A model generated the notes under the pieces. That model was not told the origin of the DNA. It searched no databases and saw only the letters and a program-made list of their open reading frames with translations. DNA of 46,475 nucleotides. Source: Rhodocyclaceae bacterium (GTDB lineage Bacteria > Pseudomonadota > Gammaproteobacteria > Burkholderiales > Rhodocyclaceae). Where the stretch lies: contig DAOLZE010000001.1 of the NCBI GenBank assembly GCA_035426125.1, positions 1-46,475 of the forward strand, written 5' to 3'. Shown here piece by piece: positions 20,260 to 28,500 of this stretch. A program made the position numbers and the translations under genes. Every line of letters begins with the position of its first letter. The first letter of the stretch is position 1.

Positions 20260-20970
20260 ATGAACAACGAGCAAACTCTGGACGACAGCGTCTCTTTCCC
20301 CGCACCTGCGGAGGCAAACACGACGCTGCTGGAGAAACGGCGGGCAGGTGCGGCGTTGCGCCGGATCATCGAGGGCATCATCACCAAGCACCCCGGCGAA
20401 GCGGAAATGGCCGGGCTCGCGACACGGCTAGAAGCAATCGCCGATGTCTTTTCTTCAATGCCGGAAAAGACCAGCCGCACCGGCTTCGCCAGCAAAATGT
20501 CGAGCGAGGACGTGCGCGATTTCATCGAGTTCAGTCCGCTGACCGGCATCTCCAACCCGGTCGCGGCGCCGCTCGATATCTGGGTCGAAGATGGCAAGGC
20601 GCTGGGGCAGGTAAATTTCGGCAAGCGCTTCGAAGGCGCGCCGGGACTGGTTCATGGCGGCCACGTCGCCGCGATCTTCGATGAATTACTCGGCTTTGCC
20701 CAAGGATTTTCCAAGCGCCCCGGCATGACCGGAACGCTGACCATCACCTACCGCGCACCGACGCCACTGCTCACAGACCTGCGCCTCGAAGGCACTTACG
20801 ACGGCATGGAAGGCCGCAAGATTTTCACCAGCGGAAGACTTTACGCAGGTGAACTGCTTCTCGCCGAAGCGAAAGGGCTCTTCATCGCCCTGACCGAAGC
20901 ACAACATGCCGCAGTACTGAGCGCCAACGAGAGAACCGAACAGCGGCGTCTCGGTACTGCGGGTCAGTGA
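20260..20970 (+). CDS. PaaI-family hotdog thioesterase
   Basis: SPLTG.SNPVAAPL, FEGAPGLVHGG.VAAIFDELLG and TGTLTITYRAPTPL motifs. Confidence 0.85.
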   Translation: MNNEQTLDDSVSFPAPAEANTTLLEKRRAGAALRRIIEGIITKHPGEAEMAGLATRLEAIADVFSSMPEKTSRTGFASKMSSEDVRDFIEFSPLTGISNPVAAPLDIWVEDGKALGQVNFGKRFEGAPGLVHGGHVAAIFDELLGFAQGFSKRPGMTGTLTITYRAPTPLLTDLRLEGTYDGMEGRKIFTSGRLYAGELLLAEAKGLFIALTEAQHAAVLSANERTEQRRLGTAGQ

Positions 20971-20985
20971 TTCGTCGGTAACACT

Positions 20986-21014
20986 GTGACATCCCTGAGT
21001 ACAAAGTCTATACT
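20986..21014 (+). promoter_or_regulatory. Putative sigma70 promoter of the R-M operon
   Basis: GTGACA-17 bp-TATACT, 40 bp upstream of the MTase start. Confidence 0.55.
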
Positions 21015-21053
21015 CCGACAGCATGCGAAACACAAAAACTTGAGGGCGCATTT

Positions 21054-22529
21054 GTGCTTTCTGCAATTGAACAAACAAGATTACGGATTTCAAAAAATAC
21101 CGATGCGAAATGGAAATCGCGCCTCGGTCAGTTCTTTACGCCTGTAAGCACTGCACAATTCATGGCCGGATTATTTCCGGAAATCAGTGGGGGTGCTTGC
21201 CGTTTGCTTGACGCGGGAGCAGGTATCGGGTCACTTTCTGGCGCATTTCTTGAAAAATGTATTTCAAGCAAACTCGCCTTTGGCAAAATTGATATCTCGG
21301 CATTTGAATTTGACGAGAGGCTGCACGGTGAATTGAAAAACACCCTGGCAACTTATCTGAAGCGTACCCCCCTTTCGTACGAAGTAATTTGTGGCGACTT
21401 CATTGAAGAAGCCATCAATAGAATACAGTTTGGTAACGGCGGCGGTTTCACCCACGCCATTCTGAATCCGCCCTACAAAAAAATAAGCAGCGATTCCCGG
21501 CACCGCTTACTGCTTAGACAGGTCGGTATCGAAACCGTTAATCTATATTCGGCTTTTGTGGCGCTGACACTGTTGCTGATGGCCCCAGGCGGATATATCG
21601 TAGCAATTATTCCGCGCAGCTTCTGCAATGGCCCGTATTACCGTCCTTTCCGCAACATGCTTCTGGATCTCTCCGCAATCCGGCATATCCATCTATTTGA
21701 ATCCAGAAACACTGCCTTCAAGGATGATGGCGTATTGCAGGAGAATGTCATCATAATGCTTGAACGTGGCGGTAAGCGGGGAGACGTACATGTGACCACT
21801 TCAGTCGATGATCGCTTCAGCGATTTTGCGGCTCATGTGCATACTTTTGAAAGAATCGTACTGCCCGGTGACCGGGAGAATTTCATTCACATACCGACAA
21901 CATTGGACTTGAATACCCTACAGCTATCCGCTGCAACCCGGCACACCCTTGACGATCTAGGAATAAAAGTTTCTACCGGACCTGTGGTCGACTTTCGTCT
22001 CAAAGAGCATTTGCGCAGCATGCCGGAATCAGGCGCCGTTCCTCTGCTCTATCCAGGTCATTTTGACAAGCAGGGCATCGTATGGCCGATTGAGGGCATG
22101 AAGAAACCAAATGCAATTCAACGCAATCCGGAAACGGAAAAGTGGCTTTATCCAAACGGATATTATTGTGTTGTGCGGCGCTTCTCCTCTAAGGAGGAAA
22201 AACACAGGATCATAGCGAGCGTGGTGCGACCTGACACATTTGCCGGCAGTGAGGTTCTGGGCTTTGAGAATCACTTGAACGTATTCCACGAAAATAAATA
22301 CGGATTACCAGAAAATTTGGCGTATGGTCTGGCCGCCTTTCTCAACACCACCGCCGTCGATGAAAATTTCCGCAGCTTTAACGGACACACTCAGGTCAAT
22401 GCGACCGATCTCAAATTGATGAAATATCCAAGCCGGGGAAATCTGATGGCCCTTGGAGAAAAAGCTAAGCTGATCTCAAATAATCAGCAAGCCCTCGACG
22501 ATTTGTTTCTGAGACTTGGCCAGAAATGA
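21054..22529 (+). CDS. Type II N6-adenine DNA methyltransferase, gamma class (BsuBI/PstI-like)
   Basis: GQFFTP (motif X), LDAGAGIG (I), ILNPPY (IV), NLYSAF, IIPRSFCNGPY and FNGHTQVNATDL motifs. Confidence 0.92.
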   Translation: MLSAIEQTRLRISKNTDAKWKSRLGQFFTPVSTAQFMAGLFPEISGGACRLLDAGAGIGSLSGAFLEKCISSKLAFGKIDISAFEFDERLHGELKNTLATYLKRTPLSYEVICGDFIEEAINRIQFGNGGGFTHAILNPPYKKISSDSRHRLLLRQVGIETVNLYSAFVALTLLLMAPGGYIVAIIPRSFCNGPYYRPFRNMLLDLSAIRHIHLFESRNTAFKDDGVLQENVIIMLERGGKRGDVHVTTSVDDRFSDFAAHVHTFERIVLPGDRENFIHIPTTLDLNTLQLSAATRHTLDDLGIKVSTGPVVDFRLKEHLRSMPESGAVPLLYPGHFDKQGIVWPIEGMKKPNAIQRNPETEKWLYPNGYYCVVRRFSSKEEKHRIIASVVRPDTFAGSEVLGFENHLNVFHENKYGLPENLAYGLAAFLNTTAVDENFRSFNGHTQVNATDLKLMKYPSRGNLMALGEKAKLISNNQQALDDLFLRLGQK

Positions 22530-23482
22530 CGCCTATCGAAAAGCGCATCGACGAAGCGCTGCTTGTCCTCAAGGCATTGGGCATGCCGAGCCAGCAACTC
22601 AACGGCCGTACAGCAATCTGCCTAATAGCTCTACTGGATATTCCCGCAGAAAGAAAATGGAAGGATGCCGGAAATCCAATGCTTGGTATTCGCGCGGTTC
22701 TTGACTTTGCACGCGAGAAACTGGAAAGAAATTATGCGGAAAACACGCGTGAAAGTATCCGTAAGTACAGCATAAAGCAGTTGGTATCCGCAGGCATTCT
22801 GCTGCACAACCCGGACAGACCGGACAGAGCAGTCAATAGTTCCGGAAACTGTTACCAGGTCGAAGAGCAAGCGCTTGCATTATTTCGACAGTTCGGCGCC
22901 AAGACCTGGAGTACCTCACTGGCTAAATATCTTGGGGTGCGAGAAACGCTCGCTGCGAAATACGCCCGAGCCCGCGATCTGCAAAAAATTCCCGTGAAAA
23001 TAAAGACCGGCCAAAAAATCAGCATCAGTGCCGGCGAACACTCAACGCTTATACGTTCAATCATTGAGGACTTCGCGCCAATCTTTGTACCAGGTGGAGA
23101 GCTTGCGTACATAGGCGATACAGGCTCAAAGTGGGGATTCTTCGATCGGGAATTGCTTGTCTCGCTCGGCATTAAAACTGGCGTTCACGGGAAAATGCCG
23201 GATGTGGTTATCTACTACCGCGAGAAGAACTGGTTGATTCTGGTTGAAGCCGTAGTCAGCACTGGCCCCGTCGATGGGGATCGCCATGCCGAGCTGGCCG
23301 CACTCTTCAAGAATTCAAGAGCAGGGCTGGTTTTTGTCAGTGCATTCCCGGACCGCTGTGAAGTTTTCCGTAAATTTCTTGCAGTCGTGGCGTGGGAGAC
23401 AGAGGTTTGGTGTGCGAGCGATCCAACGCACCTGATCCACTTCAATGGCACCCGCTTCCTCGGGCCATATTCCGCAATGTAA
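22526..23482 (+). CDS. BsuBI/PstI-family type II restriction endonuclease
   Basis: YAENTRESIR, ISAGEHSTLI, HGKMPDVV, WLILVEAV (PD..E) and AWETEVW...P.HLIHFNG.RFLGPY; ATGA overlap with the MTase. Confidence 0.92.
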   Translation: MTPIEKRIDEALLVLKALGMPSQQLNGRTAICLIALLDIPAERKWKDAGNPMLGIRAVLDFAREKLERNYAENTRESIRKYSIKQLVSAGILLHNPDRPDRAVNSSGNCYQVEEQALALFRQFGAKTWSTSLAKYLGVRETLAAKYARARDLQKIPVKIKTGQKISISAGEHSTLIRSIIEDFAPIFVPGGELAYIGDTGSKWGFFDRELLVSLGIKTGVHGKMPDVVIYYREKNWLILVEAVVSTGPVDGDRHAELAALFKNSRAGLVFVSAFPDRCEVFRKFLAVVAWETEVWCASDPTHLIHFNGTRFLGPYSAM

Positions 23483-23538
23483 ATACTCCTCGGCATTTTT
23501 TAGTAATCAGTCAGGCATTAGCCTGGGAACTTTGCCGC

Positions 23539-23556
23539 TAGTCCCTTCGGACGATG
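23539..23556 (+). promoter_or_regulatory. Shared palindromic site TAGTCC-cttc-GGACGATG (copy 2)
   Basis: Centre lies ~30 bp before GACAAT (23576) upstream of the ACAD pair. Confidence 0.55.
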
Positions 23557-23620
23557 CGTTTGGGGCATGCTCGGCGACAATGATCGGCTGTATTTTGAGG
23601 AGCCCGGAAGGGGATAAAAC

Positions 23621-24832
23621 GTGAGCGATAAAGAACACCTCGAACAATTTCGCCAGGAAGTGCGCGAATGGCTGGAAGCCAATTGCCCACCCGAGATGCG
23701 CACCCCGACACCCGAAGGCGGCATTGTCTGGGTCGGCAGCAAGATCCAGTTCGATTCCGAACCACAGCGACTGTGGTACGAGCGCATGCGCGACAAGCGC
23801 TGGTTTGCACCGACCTGGCCGGTTGAACTCGGCGGCGGCGGTCTGAGCAAAGATCAGGCGCGCATCCTCGAACGCGAGTTGTCACGCATGAAGTGCCGTA
23901 TGCCGATGGTCAATCTCGGCATCTGGATGATCGGGCCGATCATTCTCGAATTCGGTACCGAAGAACAGAAGCGCCAGCACATTCCGAAGATGTGCTCGGG
24001 CGAGGCGAGCTGGTGCCAGGGGTTTTCTGAGCCGAATGCGGGTTCCGATCTGGCGAGTCTCAAGATGCGTGCCGACGTGGATGGCGACGACTTTGTACTC
24101 AACGGCTCGAAGATCTGGACTTCCTACGCGCAGAAATCTGACTGGATGTATTGTCTGATTCGCACCGATAACGATCCGGCTAAAGACAAGCAGCAAGGCA
24201 TCACGCTGGTGCTGCTGGATATGAATAACTCCGGCATCAGCGTCAAGCCGATCGAACTGCTGAGCGGCAAGTCGAACTTTTGTCAGGTGTTCTTCGACAA
24301 TGTGCGCGTACCGATCAAGAATGTCATCGGCGAAATCAACGGCGGCTGGCCGATCACCAAGAAGCTGTTGCAGTACGAGCGCGGGGCGATGTCCAAGCTC
24401 AACGAATCCAGCGTCAAGGGTCGCGACCTCACTTCGCTCGCCCAGGAATATCTGCCGCAGGTCGCCGATCCGATGCAGCGCGCCGCCTTGCGCGATCGCA
24501 TCGCCGGTATCATCATCGACGAAAAAGCCGCGCTGTTCACCATGCAGCGCGTCGGTGAAGAGGCCAAGGCGGGTGGTGACGTCGGCACCATTACCTCGAT
24601 CTTCAAATACGCTGCCGGCGAAGAAGGTCGCCAGAAATATGAGGTGCTGCTGGCCCTGATGGGTCACCGCGCACTCGGCTGGGACCTCGGCAGCGAAGGT
24701 CAGGAGTTCAATCAGGACGAACTCATGACCGCCAAACAGTGGCTACTTTCCTGGACCTACTGCATTGCCGGTGGTTCCTCCGAAATCCAGCTCAACGTCA
24801 TCGCCAAGCGCATTCTTGGCCTGCCCTCCTGA
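23621..24832 (+). CDS. Acyl-CoA dehydrogenase (heterotetrameric type, PimC-like subunit)
   Basis: WCQGFSEPNAGSDLASL, NGSKIWTS, F..VFFDNVRVP, LQYER and IAGGSSEIQLNVIAKRILGL motifs. Confidence 0.9.
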   Translation: MSDKEHLEQFRQEVREWLEANCPPEMRTPTPEGGIVWVGSKIQFDSEPQRLWYERMRDKRWFAPTWPVELGGGGLSKDQARILERELSRMKCRMPMVNLGIWMIGPIILEFGTEEQKRQHIPKMCSGEASWCQGFSEPNAGSDLASLKMRADVDGDDFVLNGSKIWTSYAQKSDWMYCLIRTDNDPAKDKQQGITLVLLDMNNSGISVKPIELLSGKSNFCQVFFDNVRVPIKNVIGEINGGWPITKKLLQYERGAMSKLNESSVKGRDLTSLAQEYLPQVADPMQRAALRDRIAGIIIDEKAALFTMQRVGEEAKAGGDVGTITSIFKYAAGEEGRQKYEVLLALMGHRALGWDLGSEGQEFNQDELMTAKQWLLSWTYCIAGGSSEIQLNVIAKRILGLPS

Positions 24833-24853
24833 ACGAAGGAGCGAAAGACAATC

Positions 24854-25975
24854 ATGGCACTCCTTTTTAACGAAGAACAACGCCTGCTGCAGGAAACCGC
24901 GCAGGACTATTTCCAAAATAACTTCTCTACCAAGACGCTGCGCCAGATGCGCGAAAACCAGGACGCGCTCTGCTACGTTCCTGAGCTCTGGCAGCAGATG
25001 GTTGAAATGGGTTGGACCGGCATTCTCGCCACTGAGGAAGAAGGCGGTCTCGGCTTCGGCTTCAAGGGCGTCGGTGCGGTACTCGAGCCGGCTGGCAAGA
25101 CCCTCGCGGGTTCGCCCTTCCTGGGCACCGTAGTGCTCGGCGGCTCGGCAATCCAGCTCGGCGGCAACGACGCACAACGTGCTGACTGGCTGGCGAAGAT
25201 CATCGGTGGCGAAGTGCGCTTCGCACTGGCGGTTGACGAAACACCGCGTCACGATCCAAACGTCTGCAAGACTACAGCGACAAAAAATGGTGGCGGTTAC
25301 ACGCTCGACGGTGAAAAGCTGTTCGTTATGGACGGTGCTTGCGCCGACCAACTCATTGTCTCGGCCACGAGCGAGGCTGGCCCGACGCTGTTCATTGTCG
25401 ATGCCAAGGCTGCAGGTGTCACACGTCATCGCCTGGCAATGATCGATACGCGCAATGCCGCACGCATCGTGTTCAAGAATGTTCAGGTCAGTGCCGATGC
25501 CGTGCTCGGACAGCCCGGCAACGGGAATGAAATTCTTGAGCAAGTGCTCGATCGCGGTCGTATCGCATTGTGTGCCGAAATGCTCGGTATCGCCCAATGG
25601 CTGTTCGATACCACGATCGACTATCTCAAGCAGCGCGTGCAGTTTGATGTGTTGATCGGTTCGTTCCAGGCGCTACAGCATCGTGCTTCCAGGATGTTTG
25701 TACAGATGCAGCTGGCGCGTAGCACGGTGCTCGCTGCGCTGGCCTGTGTCGATGAAAATCCGGCTTTTCTGCCCTACTACGCCAGTGCCGCCAAGGCCAA
25801 AATGAGCGAGGCGCTTGAACTGGTCAGCAGCGAAGCGGTGCAGATGCACGGCGGTATCGGCGTCACTGACGAACTTGATGTCGGCCTGTACCTCAAGCGC
25901 GGCCGCGTCTGCGTGGCGGCCTTCGGCGACATCAGTTTTCACCGCGACCGTGTAGCGCGGATCAGTGGACTTTGA
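24854..25975 (+). CDS. Acyl-CoA dehydrogenase (partner, PimD-like subunit)
   Basis: RVQFDVLIGSFQALQHR and QMHGGIGVTDE motifs; adjacent to 23621-24832. Confidence 0.9.
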   Translation: MALLFNEEQRLLQETAQDYFQNNFSTKTLRQMRENQDALCYVPELWQQMVEMGWTGILATEEEGGLGFGFKGVGAVLEPAGKTLAGSPFLGTVVLGGSAIQLGGNDAQRADWLAKIIGGEVRFALAVDETPRHDPNVCKTTATKNGGGYTLDGEKLFVMDGACADQLIVSATSEAGPTLFIVDAKAAGVTRHRLAMIDTRNAARIVFKNVQVSADAVLGQPGNGNEILEQVLDRGRIALCAEMLGIAQWLFDTTIDYLKQRVQFDVLIGSFQALQHRASRMFVQMQLARSTVLAALACVDENPAFLPYYASAAKAKMSEALELVSSEAVQMHGGIGVTDELDVGLYLKRGRVCVAAFGDISFHRDRVARISGL

Positions 25976-26008
25976 GCGAGCTCTCCGTTCCCGTTCCACC
26001 CTGCTTAA

Positions 26009-27718
26009 ATGTCGATTAACGAGCAACTCCAGGCCGTTCGCGCGCAGATCACCGCACCGGGCGCGCCCTTTGAACTCGCCGACATCGAAGTCGCCGGACA
26101 AACCTGCCGCATTTTTAAAAATGCGCCGGCCAACCTCGCAGAACTGATCGAACACGCGCGCGATTTCGGCGACAAGGCGTTCCTCGTCTATCAAGGCGAG
26201 CGCTGGACTTTCAAACATTTTTTCGAGCATGTCGATGCGCTGAGTTCGCAATTGCGTAACCACTACGCCATTGGCAAGGGCGATCATGTTGCCATCGCCA
26301 TGCGCAATCGCCCCGAGTGGATGGCTGCTTATGCTGCCATCATTTTGAGTGGCGGCGTCGCGGTACCGCTTAACAGTTGGGGACTGCGCGACGAACTGCT
26401 GTATGGCCTGCAGGATAGTCAGGCAAAACTGCTGCTCTGCGACGCGGCGCGTCTCGCCCATGTTGCCGGCGACCTTGCCGGACTCGGTGTGCGGGCCATC
26501 GTCACCGACGAGACGGAAGCACCCTTGCCGCCGGGTGTCAGGCGCTATATCGATGTCATTACTGGTACGGCCACGCCGCTGCCGGCAATACAGATTGCGC
26601 CGGATGATCCGGCGATGATCATGTATACCTCTGGTACATCGAGCCACGCCAAGGGCGTCATGTCGACCCATCGTGCGATGTGTCAGGCCATTCTGAACCT
26701 GGAATACTTCGGCACACTGTCCGCCATGACCTCCCCCGAGCGCATCGGTGCGATGATGGCCGCCGGTTTTGAACTGACCACACTGATGGCTGTGCCGCTA
26801 TTCCATTCGAGCGGCCTGCATGCACAGTTCCTCTCGGCGCTGCGCAGCGGACGCCGCATCGTCGTGATGTACAAGTGGGACATCGGACAAGTGCTCGACA
26901 CCATCGCCAGCGAGCGCATCACCCAGCTCAGCGCATCACCGGCGATGATGCTGCAACTATTCACCGATCCACGCTTCGATGCTACCGACACACGAAGTCT
27001 GTCATGGATCGGTTTCGGTGGCGCAGGGATTCCCGGCAAACTGATCGAACAGGTCTCCACTAAAAAGCCGCTGGCGATGGCCGGTATCGGCTACGGTCTG
27101 ACCGAGACTAATGGTCCTGCCACCGCCTGCACCGGCGCGACGTTTGATTACAAACCGCACAGCAACGGGCCGCAGTCGCCGATTTTCGACATCCGCATCG
27201 TCGATGAAAAAGATATTGATCTGCCGCCTGGGCAACCCGGTGAAATCTGCATGCGTAGCGTCACCAACATGACTGGCTACTGGCGCAAGGAAGCTGCGAC
27301 ACGCGAAGTTTTGAATGATGGCTGGTTCCGCAGCGGAGACATCGGCTATCTCGACGATGAGGGATTCCTCTATGTCGTCGACCGCATCAAGGATATCGTC
27401 AATCGTGGCGGTGAAAAGATTGCCAGTGCCGAAGTCGAATCCTGTTTGCTGTTGCATCCGGCAATCGCCGAAGCAGCGGCCTTCGGCGTACCCGATGCCA
27501 GCTACGGCGAGGTTCTGGCTGTCGTCGTCACTCTTCGAACACACCAGGCGATCAATGCCGATGACATTCGCGCACATGTCGCTGCGCACCTGGCGCCATT
27601 CAAGGTGCCGGCCCATGTGATCATCCGCCATGAGGACATGCCGCGCAATCCCGCCGGAAAGATCCTCAAGCGTGATTTACGCAAAGATTTTTTGAGGCAG
27701 GATAATGACAAGGTCTGA
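26009..27718 (+). CDS. Long-chain acyl-CoA ligase (class I adenylate-forming)
   Basis: YTSGTSSHAKG, GYGLTET, WFRSGD, DRIKDIVNRGGE and PRNPAGKILK motifs. Confidence 0.9.
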   Translation: MSINEQLQAVRAQITAPGAPFELADIEVAGQTCRIFKNAPANLAELIEHARDFGDKAFLVYQGERWTFKHFFEHVDALSSQLRNHYAIGKGDHVAIAMRNRPEWMAAYAAIILSGGVAVPLNSWGLRDELLYGLQDSQAKLLLCDAARLAHVAGDLAGLGVRAIVTDETEAPLPPGVRRYIDVITGTATPLPAIQIAPDDPAMIMYTSGTSSHAKGVMSTHRAMCQAILNLEYFGTLSAMTSPERIGAMMAAGFELTTLMAVPLFHSSGLHAQFLSALRSGRRIVVMYKWDIGQVLDTIASERITQLSASPAMMLQLFTDPRFDATDTRSLSWIGFGGAGIPGKLIEQVSTKKPLAMAGIGYGLTETNGPATACTGATFDYKPHSNGPQSPIFDIRIVDEKDIDLPPGQPGEICMRSVTNMTGYWRKEAATREVLNDGWFRSGDIGYLDDEGFLYVVDRIKDIVNRGGEKIASAEVESCLLLHPAIAEAAAFGVPDASYGEVLAVVVTLRTHQAINADDIRAHVAAHLAPFKVPAHVIIRHEDMPRNPAGKILKRDLRKDFLRQDNDKV

Positions 27719-28448
27719 GAAAAATTTTGTCACGCTCGCGAAGCTTCTGCTGACGACACTTGCTGTATGCCTGAACTGTACCGCATCGGCGGCACCGCCC
27801 GCGACGGTCCACGAGACCTACGATGAGGTCACACTGAAACGCTTCGAAACTTTGCAGGCCGACAACCCGATTCTCAGTCAGGATGATCCATACGCCTATT
27901 ACGCCGACAAGCCTGCCGAACTGTCGATTCCAGAAACGATGGTCTGCGCTATCAGGTTCACCGATGCTGCAAAAACACACTATCACCTGCAAACTTATCC
28001 TGACGCCAATTCTGCACGCGCCGACGGCGCGCACGTCACGCACAAAGGACTGTGCGGCACCTGTTCGACGCTAAAGGATCTTGCCGTTTATCTGCGCAAG
28101 CCGGACCTCACTGCACCGGTACGCCGCTGCGGCATAATGAGCGGAATAAAATCGCTGGCAATGAGTTGTCTCAAGGATATCGGCTTCACCGATGCTTGCG
28201 CGGAAACCTGGTACTACAACGCGAAGAACACCGCCAGACAATGCTTCACCACCTGCATGCGCTCCTGGATCGCCGGGGAAGCCTCCAATAAACCGGACGG
28301 CAGCCTCAACAATTGTCTTGAGTGTGATGAAATAAAGTCTGGCCCGGTGTTCAAGCGTGCCGCCGGCAGAACCCGGCGCAACTCCGGCATTGTCTCGTCG
28401 ATCGGTCGCGGCAGCGGAGAGTTCCATCCGCTCGCGCATGACTACTGA
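27705..28448 (+). CDS. Secreted Cys-rich hypothetical protein
   Basis: Signal-peptide-like N-terminus (LLLTTLAVCLNCTASA); 10 Cys in the mature part; overlaps the upstream ligase stop. Confidence 0.7.
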   Translation: MTRSEKNFVTLAKLLLTTLAVCLNCTASAAPPATVHETYDEVTLKRFETLQADNPILSQDDPYAYYADKPAELSIPETMVCAIRFTDAAKTHYHLQTYPDANSARADGAHVTHKGLCGTCSTLKDLAVYLRKPDLTAPVRRCGIMSGIKSLAMSCLKDIGFTDACAETWYYNAKNTARQCFTTCMRSWIAGEASNKPDGSLNNCLECDEIKSGPVFKRAAGRTRRNSGIVSSIGRGSGEFHPLAHDY

Positions 28449-28500
28449 TTAAGTCATTTCCACGCGTGAGAATGACAAGCTCGCGTTCACAACCCGAAGC

